This document shows positions 23,987-32,000 of a DNA stretch of 32,000 bases, piece after piece (the first letter of the stretch is position 1; every line of letters starts with the position of its first letter). The notes under the pieces are model-generated. The model was given only the letters and a program-made list of their open reading frames with translations, made no database searches and had not been told where the DNA came from. Source of the DNA: Massilicoli timonensis. GTDB taxonomy: Bacteria; Bacillota_I; Bacilli_A; Erysipelotrichales; Erysipelotrichaceae. The DNA is taken from positions 903,272 through 935,271 of the forward strand of contig NZ_LT963434.1 in NCBI RefSeq assembly GCF_900199515.1, given 5' to 3'. A program made the position numbers and the translations under genes.

Positions 23987-24109
23987 GTCATCACTCCTTT
24001 CCATATCAGTATTCGTTGTTATGGCTATTATATACAGAACCAAAGAAAAAGAAAAGAGCCTTGCTTCTTATGTTATAATAGTAAAAACGTATGAAAATAG
24101 GAGAAACAT

Positions 24110-25672
24110 ATGAAAAGCAGGAAAGAGACAACAGCTTTATTGCATGCACGCAGTCACTTGAAATATATTTTGATCTTAGAGGGATCGATCGTCGGTCTGC
24201 TGGCAGGGATCGTCAGCATCATTTATCGAATCTTATTAGGAAAAAGTGAATCATTTGTATATCAGATCGCAAAGTTGGTAAAAGAGGATGGGATCTATCT
24301 GATTGCGCTGTTCTTATTTTTATTTGTTTTAGGCTTTATTATTTCACAAGCATTAAAAAAAGAACCCTTTATCAGCGGTAGCGGGATCCCACAAGTAGAA
24401 GCAGAAGTGCAAAATCAAATCGATCAGTGCTGGTATCGCGTGCTGATCGCCAAGATCATCGGCGGTACATGTGCGGTGCTGGGCGGCTTGTCATTAGGAC
24501 GAGAAGGGCCGAGCATTCAGTTAGGTGCAATGTGTGGAAAAGGCTTTTCTAAGATCTTTCGGCGCATCAAAGTCGAGCAGCGTTATTTGATCACATGCGG
24601 TGCGGCCGCCGGTTTATCTGCGGCCTTTAACGCTCCCTTAGCGGGAATCTTGTTTGCATTGGAGGAAATCCACAAAATTTTTTCGATGTCCGCCATCGTT
24701 TCGGTCATGTGTGCTTCGATCATGGGTGATTTTCTATCACAGTACGTATTTGGATTGGAACCGGCATTGGCTTTTCAAGTAGAAGCGGTACTGCCGCTTT
24801 CCTGTTATGGGTTGATCATCGTGCTCGGTATAGTATGCGGCGTTTTAGGAGCTGGCTATAATGCGGCCATTTTACAAGGGCAGCGTCTCTATGAGAAAAT
24901 CCCCTTTCTGAAATCACATCAACGTGTTTATATCCCGCTGCTCTTATCCGGGTTCCTGTTTTTCGTATTTCCGGAGGTGCTTTGCGGCGGACATCATATG
25001 ACCTCACTGTTGGATGAGTCAATGCTGTTATCTTCTCTGTTTTTCCTGCTCATCGTTAAATTTTTATTTTCTTTGTGCAGCTTCGCTTCCGGTGCGCCGG
25101 GCGGCATCTTTTTTCCTTTGCTGGTGCTGGGCTGTTATATCGGCGCTATTTTCGGTAAGATTTCTTTATCGGTATGGATGATCGATCCGATTTATTTCAC
25201 TAATTTCGTCATCATCGCAATGGCCGGCTTTTTTGCGGGTATCGTAAGAGCACCGATTACCGGCATCGTACTGATTGCGGAAATGACCGGATCTCTGCAT
25301 CATTTACTATCATTGGCGCTTGTTTCTATCGTTGCCTACGTAACGGCTCATTTTATGAAAAGCAAGCCGATCTATGAAAGTCTGCTCGATCGGCTGTTAC
25401 GCCGTCAGGGAGTGGATTTAGAGCATGGAAGCGAACAGAAGCGTCTGGTAGAAGTAATCGTGGAAATCGGTTCCGTCATTGAAAATCGGCAGGTCAAAGA
25501 CATTGCATGGCCTTCTAAATGCTTATTGGTAGGTATCCATAGGGGCGTAGAGGAAGTATTGCCGAAAGGCACAACCACGATCAACAGCGGCGATACGATC
25601 ATTGCCTTATTAGAAATTCCCGGTGCTACTATGGCAGAAGCGGAACTGGAAGAACTATGCAAGTCCGGCTGA
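24110..25672 (+). CDS. ClC family H+/Cl- exchange transporter with C-terminal TrkA-C (RCK_C) domain
   Basis: ClC selectivity motifs GSGIPQ, GREGPSIQLG and GGIFFPLL. The C-terminal 80 aa (VEVIVEIGSVIENRQVKDI...GDTIIALLE) are TrkA-C like. AGGAGA SD. Confidence 0.9.
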   Translation: MKSRKETTALLHARSHLKYILILEGSIVGLLAGIVSIIYRILLGKSESFVYQIAKLVKEDGIYLIALFLFLFVLGFIISQALKKEPFISGSGIPQVEAEVQNQIDQCWYRVLIAKIIGGTCAVLGGLSLGREGPSIQLGAMCGKGFSKIFRRIKVEQRYLITCGAAAGLSAAFNAPLAGILFALEEIHKIFSMSAIVSVMCASIMGDFLSQYVFGLEPALAFQVEAVLPLSCYGLIIVLGIVCGVLGAGYNAAILQGQRLYEKIPFLKSHQRVYIPLLLSGFLFFVFPEVLCGGHHMTSLLDESMLLSSLFFLLIVKFLFSLCSFASGAPGGIFFPLLVLGCYIGAIFGKISLSVWMIDPIYFTNFVIIAMAGFFAGIVRAPITGIVLIAEMTGSLHHLLSLALVSIVAYVTAHFMKSKPIYESLLDRLLRRQGVDLEHGSEQKRLVEVIVEIGSVIENRQVKDIAWPSKCLLVGIHRGVEEVLPKGTTTINSGDTIIALLEIPGATMAEAELEELCKSG

Positions 25673-25741
25673 TTGTTTCAGATCTAAAAGCACTCTGTCA
25701 TTTATCGTATTACTCTTAAAAAACAGGAAGGAATGAAACAA

Positions 25742-26275
25742 ATGCGAGAAGTCATTTTATATGTTTGTCAAAGTTTAGATGGTTATATCAGCGATGAAGC
25801 GGAAAAGATGGACTGGATGTATGGAGATGATCCGACCTTGCCGGATCTGGATTATGACACTTTCATTGAAAACGTAGATACAGTCTTGATGGGGAAACGT
25901 ACTTATGACATCATTTGTCAATTATCCGACGAATGGCCTTATGCCAAGCAGCACACCTATGTGTTTACCCACCAAACAAATCTGAAGCAGGAAGGTATTA
26001 CCTTTCTTGCACAACCAATCAAAGATGTGATCGATGCACTTAAAAAGCAAGAGGGCAAACAAATTTGGCTCTGCGGCGGCGCATCGCTGATCCAGCAATG
26101 TATCGAACAAGATCTCATTGATGCATATGAACTCTTTATGATCCCGGTTATCCTTGGAAAAGGCATTCCGCTATTTTCTTCCTGCCCTTTGAAACGTTTG
26201 AAACTTCGCACATGTCAGGCAAAAAACGGCATCGTCCGCTTATCTTATCGCCGCCATTCATACGATGCTGCGTAA
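25742..26275 (+). CDS. Dihydrofolate reductase family protein (RibD C-terminal domain type)
   Basis: Motifs ILYVCQSLDGYIS, VLMGKRTYD and IWLCGGASLIQQ. The ATG at 25733 abuts the SD AGGAAGGA, so the ATG at 25742 (9-nt spacer) is preferred. The start remains uncertain by 3 codons. Confidence 0.8.
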   Translation: MREVILYVCQSLDGYISDEAEKMDWMYGDDPTLPDLDYDTFIENVDTVLMGKRTYDIICQLSDEWPYAKQHTYVFTHQTNLKQEGITFLAQPIKDVIDALKKQEGKQIWLCGGASLIQQCIEQDLIDAYELFMIPVILGKGIPLFSSCPLKRLKLRTCQAKNGIVRLSYRRHSYDAA

Positions 26276-26360
26276 AGCGGAAAGAAGCTTTCCCGCCAGT
26301 GGTCCATTTGAATTTTCCTTTTCGATTATGTTATGATTAAATTATAAAGGAGTGGTAGGT

Positions 26361-26909
26361 ATGCAAGCCTATGATAAGACTAAGTATCGTTTCGCCCATG
26401 CCATCATTGAAGTGATGAAACATGAACCACTTGAAAAAATCACCGTAAAGGATATTGTGAAAAAGGCCGGTCTTACCCGGCAGACCTTTTACCGCTACTT
26501 CAAAGACAAATATGATCTGGTAAACTGGTATTTTGATGTACTGGCACAGAAATCTTTCAAACAGATGGGTGTGCAGTGCACCTTACAGGAGGGACTGGAA
26601 AAACAGTTTACTTTTATCAAGGAAGAAAAACTGTTTTTTACCCAAGCTTTCCTCTATGGTAAACAAAACTCTCTGTTTAATTATGCCTATGACTGTATTC
26701 TGCATTTTTATGAAGGAATCATCGTTAAAAAAAGCGGACAGCCACTGGACGGTAATCTACGATTTTTGCTTCGTATGTACTGTCATGCCAGCATCTATAT
26801 GACGGCGGAATGGGTACGCAGCGGGATGAGGATGTCCTGCAAGGAGCTCAGTTCCCTGCTGATCGAGGCTTTGCCAACGGCGTTAGCAGCGATATTGCTG
26901 GAAGGATGA
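26361..26909 (+). CDS. TetR/AcrR family transcriptional regulator (DhaS-like subgroup)
   Basis: HTH ITVKDIVKKAGLTRQTFYRYFKDKYDLVNWYF. The ORF-track start is GTG; the ATG at 26361 lies 9 nt after AAGGAG. Confidence 0.88.
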   Translation: MQAYDKTKYRFAHAIIEVMKHEPLEKITVKDIVKKAGLTRQTFYRYFKDKYDLVNWYFDVLAQKSFKQMGVQCTLQEGLEKQFTFIKEEKLFFTQAFLYGKQNSLFNYAYDCILHFYEGIIVKKSGQPLDGNLRFLLRMYCHASIYMTAEWVRSGMRMSCKELSSLLIEALPTALAAILLEG

Positions 26910-26916
26910 TCATTTA

Positions 26917-26942
26917 GAAAAGGCGCATGCGCGTCTTTTTTA
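26917..26942 (+). terminator. Probable rho-independent terminator after the TetR gene
   Basis: GC-rich palindromic core GGCGCATGCGCG with flanking A-run and U-run pairing and a trailing run of 6 U. The stem is imperfect. Confidence 0.4.
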
Positions 26943-27116
26943 TCAAACACCGCATTTTATTTGACTTATATAAGGAGAACATCTGTTTATCACTGTACCA
27001 AGCGACTTTTACAACGATACGAAAGAGCGCGCATGCTCTTTTGATCAAGCAGAAATCCTTTTCAGATAGTGCATTTTGGGTGTTTCTCATAATTTTATAA
27101 AATAAACAAAAATATA

Positions 27117-27145
27117 TTGACAATAAAAAAAGAACATGGTAATAT
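27117..27145 (+). promoter_or_regulatory. Strong sigma-A promoter for the tRNA-Ile/tRNA-Ala operon
   Basis: TTGACA (27117-27122), 17-nt spacer, TAATAT (27140-27145), with extended -10 TG and an AT-rich UP-like tract upstream. Confidence 0.7.
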
Positions 27146-27165
27146 AACAAAGCATTCGATGACAA

Positions 27166-27242
<77 letters not shown>

Positions 27243-27262
27243 TCATCGAATTTGATATACAT

Positions 27263-27338
27263 GGGGTTATAGCTCAGCTGGGAGAGCACCTGTTTTGCAC
27301 GCAGGGGGTCAGGGGTTCGAATCCCCTTAGCTCCACCA
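27263..27338 (+). tRNA. tRNA-Ala (anticodon UGC), CCA encoded
   Basis: Manual cloverleaf: acceptor GGGGTTA/TAGCTCC with the G3-U70 identity pair, anticodon loop TTTGCAC, T-arm AGGGG-TTCGAAT-CCCCT. Confidence 0.92.
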
Positions 27339-27352
27339 AATTTTTAACAAAA

Positions 27353-27383
27353 CGCATAGGTTTGATTCCTATGCGCTTTTTTT
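27353..27383 (+). terminator. Rho-independent terminator after the tRNA pair
   Basis: 8-bp stem CGCAUAGG / CCUAUGCG with a 7-nt loop, followed by UUUUUUU. Confidence 0.8.
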
Positions 27384-27436
27384 ATATATTTACACGATTG
27401 CCCTTTTGATGAAACATTCATTCTCTTCACGCCCGT

Positions 27437-28111
27437 TCACTGTAATGCAACAAAATACGCTTCTATCCCGGAAACGATCGCCTGCGCCAATTCTAACTGA
27501 TAATCCTCCTCTTGAAGCAGCTTTTGTTCTTGTGGATTTGACAGGAATCCACATTCGATCAATAATCCCGTCGATCTTGTTTCATTCAGTATATAATAAT
27601 CTCCTGCCTTGTTATGCATCACATGATCACTGACCGAATCCATCGCTTCCGCAATATAGGATGCCAGCAGTTCACCATCTGTATTTCCTTTCTGATAAAA
27701 GATCTGTACGCCATGCACATCAGCCGAAGGATAAGCATTCAGATGGATACTGATGAAAAGATCGATACGATTCTGATTGATCATCTCCACCCGTTTACGC
27801 ATATCTTCCTTTTTACGCGAAGTGGCATTTTCACTTGCCAAATCATAATCGCCGGTTCTCGTCATCACGACTCCTGCACCTTTCTCCCTTAACGCTTTTC
27901 TCACTTTTTTCGCGATTAGTAAATTGATCTCATCTTCATTCGCCTCATTTGCCATTGCCCCATTGTCTTTGCCGCCATGTCCGCTGTCAATGACGATCAT
28001 TACCCCTGACAGGGTAGCATCCTGTATCTTTTTTCCACCTGCCTCAGTCATGATCAGCATCGCAGCTATCATCACCAGCGCTATACAGCCATACTTCCAT
28101 TTTTGCTTCAT
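27437..28111 (-). CDS. N-acetylmuramoyl-L-alanine amidase (Amidase_3; CwlD-like) with N-terminal membrane anchor or signal
   Basis: Motifs VIDSGHGGKDNGA, DLFISIHLNA and IECGFLSNPQE. Start re-called at MKQKWKYGCIALVMIAAMLIM, with AAGGGGTG 6 nt upstream; the ORF-track start is GTG. Confidence 0.88.
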   Translation of the reverse strand: MKQKWKYGCIALVMIAAMLIMTEAGGKKIQDATLSGVMIVIDSGHGGKDNGAMANEANEDEINLLIAKKVRKALREKGAGVVMTRTGDYDLASENATSRKKEDMRKRVEMINQNRIDLFISIHLNAYPSADVHGVQIFYQKGNTDGELLASYIAEAMDSVSDHVMHNKAGDYYILNETRSTGLLIECGFLSNPQEQKLLQEEDYQLELAQAIVSGIEAYFVALQ

Positions 28112-28192
28112 CGCATCCACCCCTTTCAGTATATGTTTCTAAACAGAAAAAAAGCCCGATCGGACTTTATTCATGATATGACTTATCTCTTA

Positions 28193-28690
28193 TCAGGCTC
28201 CATTTGCCACATAAATCTGTTCCAAGGTCTGTTCCAATAACGCCTTGCAGGAATCAATCGTCTGATGCCGCACAAACGAATAGATCGTTGCCAGTTTTTC
28301 CAATACATACTCATAATACTGACTCTGCTTCTGATTAAAGCGTTTCCCATGCTCTAACGCATTACAGCGGTTGCGATAAAGCGTCTTTAATAAGGCACAC
28401 CAATCCCGTAGATCGACCGAGTTCAAGATATTTTGATAATATTGAAAGCCGGGATTACGCGGTATTTCAAAACATACCAGATCCGCCATCTCATCTAAAT
28501 AGTGTTCCAATGTTTGTTTGCTTGGAAGTGATTGCAGATGTCCGCCGGCATTATCACACGGCACCTTAAATTCGCAATACTCCGATCCAAGCGAATACAA
28601 TAAATAAAATGTTCGATCCTTTTCCTGTTTGATTTGTTTGATTTGAGATACATCCAGTCGATACAGCACAATATCGCCGCTGCGAAACAT
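28193..28690 (-). CDS. CarD_CdnL_TRCF-like family protein (YdeB-like putative RNAP-interacting regulator)
   Basis: N-terminal MFRSGDIVLYRL...YLLYSL...KVP resembles the CarD/TRCF RNAP-interacting Tudor-like domain, followed by a helical C-terminal half. Size is 165 aa. AAGGAGGG SD sits before the internal ATG. The family call is from pattern recall only. Confidence 0.6.
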   Translation of the reverse strand: MFRSGDIVLYRLDVSQIKQIKQEKDRTFYLLYSLGSEYCEFKVPCDNAGGHLQSLPSKQTLEHYLDEMADLVCFEIPRNPGFQYYQNILNSVDLRDWCALLKTLYRNRCNALEHGKRFNQKQSQYYEYVLEKLATIYSFVRHQTIDSCKALLEQTLEQIYVANGA

Positions 28691-28842
28691 ATACAACCCT
28701 CCTTTGAAAAGAAAAAGCAGACACTGCATGATCCATCCATTTGTGAAACTACTGTGTACTGCTTTGTTACGTTCTTATTATAGCATGTATTTTTTTATTT
28801 CGTAAGTGCAAAATAGTATATATTTTTGCTTTTAGATGTTGC

Positions 28843-29295
28843 TTATGCGCCTCTTTTCATCACATCGACCGTCAGTGTGATGCTTTCATTTCCCGGCATC
28901 CGGCCGCTTTTTACTTCACTTACATAGAATCCGAATTTTTTATAAAGCCGTTTTGCCTGTTCATTGCCCTGTATCACTTCCAGTTCCATCTCAGATGTTC
29001 CATGCGCAAGCGCAAACGCCACCAAAGCACTGCCGATGCCTTCTTTTTGCCGTGTAACATCGACATACAGCCAGCCAATCTCATCCTCATGAAAAGCGAT
29101 AAAGCCGACGACTTTCTGATCCTTTTGCGCAACATAAACCTGATAAGCAAACAGCTTTTCTCTTTTTGAAGCAATGATAAAAGGCACAAATGCACAGGAC
29201 AGGGAAGCAGCTGCCAATTCCTGCCGCCGCGCCGCATCATGTATTTCTGCTAAACGATTGAAATCCGGTTCTTGATAGGGACGAATCTCGATCAT
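28843..29295 (-). CDS. GNAT family N-acetyltransferase
   Basis: 150 aa. Motifs VVGFIAFHEDEIGWLYVDVTRQKEGIGSALV and AKRLYKKFGF. It starts 30 nt downstream of the DUF885 gene, so it is probably co-transcribed. Confidence 0.85.
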   Translation of the reverse strand: MIEIRPYQEPDFNRLAEIHDAARRQELAAASLSCAFVPFIIASKREKLFAYQVYVAQKDQKVVGFIAFHEDEIGWLYVDVTRQKEGIGSALVAFALAHGTSEMELEVIQGNEQAKRLYKKFGFYVSEVKSGRMPGNESITLTVDVMKRGA

Positions 29296-29325
29296 TGTCC
29301 TCTCACACCTCCATTTCTTGCTATT

Positions 29326-31098
29326 TTACTTCGCTGTGTCAATATAAGCGGATATCTCCTCACGGATCTGTTCAAACGGCAAAGCGCCGCATGCCAGGAT
29401 TGCCTCATGGAACGCTTTTTCATCGAAATCATCGCCTAATGCCGATTCTGCCTGTTCCCGCAGCTCCATGATTTCAAGATAACCGATATAATAAGGTTCA
29501 AACATGACCGGATTATTTTGCAGCTGCATATATTGTGCACGCATCTCTTCTTCACTCAGGCTAAGCATATTTTCTTCCATGAAATCCCCAAATGTTTCCA
29601 GATCCCATCCCTTATAATGAATACCGATATCTGCCAAGATGATGACCGCATAACTGATCTCCTCATTGGCGATATAGGCTTTCTGATAAGCCGCCGAAAC
29701 ATCATCTAAATAAGCGAGCGCCTGATAGCTGGCATAGATCGCATAGCCTTCAGAATATGCTTGATTTCTACCTAAGGTCGTCAGATAAGGATGTTGGTTT
29801 TGTTCCAGTGCATAGGTAAACTGATACATATGGCCCGGGTATCCTTCATGTGCTACCGTTACAAAGTTAGAGACGCTGCCGACATCGCCGTACAGCGGAT
29901 TTACCCGAAGCTGATGCGGTTGTGTTGAATCAAAAGCAGGCAGATTGAAATAAGCGGCAATACCTGAATCTGAGCCAAGTTCTTCACTGAGCGCAATGAT
30001 TTCATATTTCGTATCGCTGATTTCAGGAAAATCCGCAAACATATGGCCTTTCAGATATTCCATGATGCTTTCATAATCGCCAAAGCCGGTGCTTGTTTCT
30101 CCCAACAGCTGATCCATTACCTCTGGATCGCTCATCAATGCCTCATAAAGATCGTTAAAGCCGTTCTCAAATTCCTGTGTCATCCATTCTTCGATTTCAT
30201 CGATCGAACGATCAGAACCGATCCCCGCCTGAAACAGCAGTTCATAGTATTCTTTGCCATGTTCAAACTGTGCCAGCCCTTCCATATGATTATCGCCATC
30301 TGTTTGAAATTCGATCATGGCTGCACGAATATCCTCGTAAGCAGGAATAAACGATTCATCAAAGGCCGCTTTCAACTCTTCTTTGTAAGCCTGTGTTTGT
30401 TCAGCGCTTAACCCCAGCGCATCTAAACGCGCATAGATAGAAGCCAAGACCGCGCTGTTCTCCCGGTTTTCCAAAATACCGTCACAATGTTCGATGATGC
30501 TTTCCAGATCCAGCATCAACAAACCTTTTTCTTCCTGCCGTTTGGTATAATCCAGTGCACTGTCTACATATGGTTTTGTATCACGCAGGATCACGATCAG
30601 ATCCTGTACATCTTTTTCATCGCGCAGTTCCCAATCCGCAAAGGTCGTAGCCAAAGCATAGTGTAACCCGCCGGCACTGGAAAACAGGCATTCATAATAA
30701 TCAAAACGATCTTCCAACAGTTTTTCTTCGATCGCAAAATTAAATGCATAAAGATCATAAAGCTGACGCTGTTTTTCATTCAGCAGCGATCGATCAAACT
30801 CCCCAAAGGCATCGATCGTCTTTTTTCTTTCCGCTTTTCCCGCAGCTAAGGTTTCTTCATCATACCGCGCGCCTAGGCTTACCTCCACTTGTTCCTCATC
30901 TACACCAAATTTTTCCGGCTGTTCCATCAGCTGATGCATGGTGGCATAGTCTGACTCCATCGTATTGATAAAATCCTGTTCTACGAACGCATCAAACTTC
31001 TTCTGCTCTTCTTTCGGGTCTTTCCCTCCACAGCCTTGTAATGTGCCGATGAGAAGTGCCGCTGCCAGAAACAGTGTGCTTTTTCTTAGTCGTTTCAT
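29326..31098 (-). CDS. DUF885 family lipoprotein (putative metallopeptidase-like)
   Basis: Lipoprotein signal with lipobox LQGC. It carries the HEGYPGHMYQ motif typical of DUF885. GGGAGGAA SD. Confidence 0.85.
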   Translation of the reverse strand: MKRLRKSTLFLAAALLIGTLQGCGGKDPKEEQKKFDAFVEQDFINTMESDYATMHQLMEQPEKFGVDEEQVEVSLGARYDEETLAAGKAERKKTIDAFGEFDRSLLNEKQRQLYDLYAFNFAIEEKLLEDRFDYYECLFSSAGGLHYALATTFADWELRDEKDVQDLIVILRDTKPYVDSALDYTKRQEEKGLLMLDLESIIEHCDGILENRENSAVLASIYARLDALGLSAEQTQAYKEELKAAFDESFIPAYEDIRAAMIEFQTDGDNHMEGLAQFEHGKEYYELLFQAGIGSDRSIDEIEEWMTQEFENGFNDLYEALMSDPEVMDQLLGETSTGFGDYESIMEYLKGHMFADFPEISDTKYEIIALSEELGSDSGIAAYFNLPAFDSTQPHQLRVNPLYGDVGSVSNFVTVAHEGYPGHMYQFTYALEQNQHPYLTTLGRNQAYSEGYAIYASYQALAYLDDVSAAYQKAYIANEEISYAVIILADIGIHYKGWDLETFGDFMEENMLSLSEEEMRAQYMQLQNNPVMFEPYYIGYLEIMELREQAESALGDDFDEKAFHEAILACGALPFEQIREEISAYIDTAK

Positions 31099-31310
31099 AT
31101 GATTCCTCCCATAGATGCAATTTTACTTTTGTATTGCTTTATCCATAGTATAACATGATTCGCATGAAATTATCGCTATGTTTGGCATAAATCCTATTTT
31201 TTGATCAGCCAAGCGCAAAAAAGCGCATAAAGCTATCACGGTCTTTCTTTATTACTTTCTGCACCTGGTTTTACCTGATGCATAGGATAATTTAGGAAAG
31301 AGGTGAAATT

Positions 31311-31877
31311 TTGGCAGTAAAGATCTTTATCGATCAGGGTCATAATCCCGGTTCTATCAACGGCGGAGCGGCTGCCAACGGTTTAGAGGAAGCGACGATC
31401 AATTATCAGGTCGGCATCTATCTGATGAATTTCTTACAGAATGATACACGTTTCGCAGTCATGAGCAGCCGTGTTTCCTCCACTCAGGTATTAGGTACCA
31501 ATTCCGCTACCTCTTTGCAAGAGCGGGTAGCGATGGCCAATACTTGGAGAGCCGACTACTTTATCAGCATTCACTGCAATGCCAACGCCAATCCGCTCAT
31601 TCGCGGCAGTGAAGTATATGTATATCAGATTCCTTCCACTGCTGCTATGCTGGCAAGAGCGGTATTAGATGCCATTACGAGCGAGATCGCGATCCCTGAC
31701 AATCAGGTGCGGGCCAATCCCAATCTGCTGGTGTTAAGAGCAACGGCCATGCCGGCAATCTTAGTAGAACTTGGCTATTTGACCAACAGTGAAGATGCGG
31801 CACTGCTGCGTACAAAACAGTTTCAATTTGCTTATGCGATCTATCAGGGTATCCTGCACTATCTAAATCTGCCATGA
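31311..31877 (+). CDS. N-acetylmuramoyl-L-alanine amidase (Amidase_3 catalytic domain only, no signal peptide)
   Basis: Motifs IFIDQGHNPG, DYFISIHCNA and VELGYLTNSEDA. TTG start with AGAGGTG 5 nt upstream. Confidence 0.8.
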   Translation: MAVKIFIDQGHNPGSINGGAAANGLEEATINYQVGIYLMNFLQNDTRFAVMSSRVSSTQVLGTNSATSLQERVAMANTWRADYFISIHCNANANPLIRGSEVYVYQIPSTAAMLARAVLDAITSEIAIPDNQVRANPNLLVLRATAMPAILVELGYLTNSEDAALLRTKQFQFAYAIYQGILHYLNLP

Positions 31878-32000
31878 TAAAAAAGGAAATCTGCTTGCCA
31901 TTGCTTTTTGAGAAAACGATACGCTCGCTGTTCTCATATGGCACGATTTCCTTATTTTTATCAAGAAGCAACTATTTCTTTATTCTTCTTCCACATGCTC

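Noticed and set aside
31675-32000. 98-aa minus-strand ORF and a possible gene end at the window edge
   Set aside because: The ORF is largely antisense to the well-supported amidase gene. The last ~25 nt could be the 3' end of a minus-strand gene (reading ...EHVEEE-stop in one frame), but one short frame at the window edge cannot be supported.

Overview
The window looks like chromosomal DNA from a low-GC Gram-positive (Bacillota-type) organism. Gene content suggests a gut anaerobe of the Erysipelotrichia/Clostridia kind, but that is inference only. I support 25 protein genes, 2 tRNAs and 1 intact insertion sequence.

Gene order:
- An ISNCY/IS1202-group IS (134-1659) flanked by a perfect 28-bp target duplication.
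- A 926-aa GH73 cell-wall glucosaminidase and a GNAT acetyltransferase.
- A module of two YitT (DUF2179) membrane paralogs bracketing divergent DUF1836 and DegV/FakB genes, plus a Cof-type HAD.
- An ABC-2 exporter (ATPase and permease) and two divergent MATE efflux genes.
- deoC, a 2-TM hypothetical protein, a 96-aa protein with an NrdD-type glycyl-radical tail, and a HAD-GNAT fusion.
- Class Ia RNR nrdA-nrdB, a KDPG aldolase, a ZIP metal transporter and a ClC exchanger with a TrkA-C domain.
- A RibD_C/DHFR-like protein, a TetR regulator and an orphan tRNA-Ile(GAU)-tRNA-Ala(UGC) operon.
- A CwlD-like amidase, a CarD-like protein, a DUF885 lipoprotein followed by a GNAT, and a second signal-less amidase.

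I see no CRISPR array, prophage, integrative element (apart from the IS) or recognisable defence or toxin-antitoxin system. The region is largely ordinary core genome.

The items most worth a second look:
1. The stand-alone NrdD-C-terminus mini-protein, a possible GrcA-like spare-part glycyl-radical module for class III RNR.
2. The palindrome-dense divergent DUF1836/degV control region inside a conserved YitT-DegV neighbourhood.
3. The IS with its unusually long target-site duplication.

Several ORF-track starts are alternative-codon or upstream artefacts. I re-called them from Shine-Dalgarno spacing.
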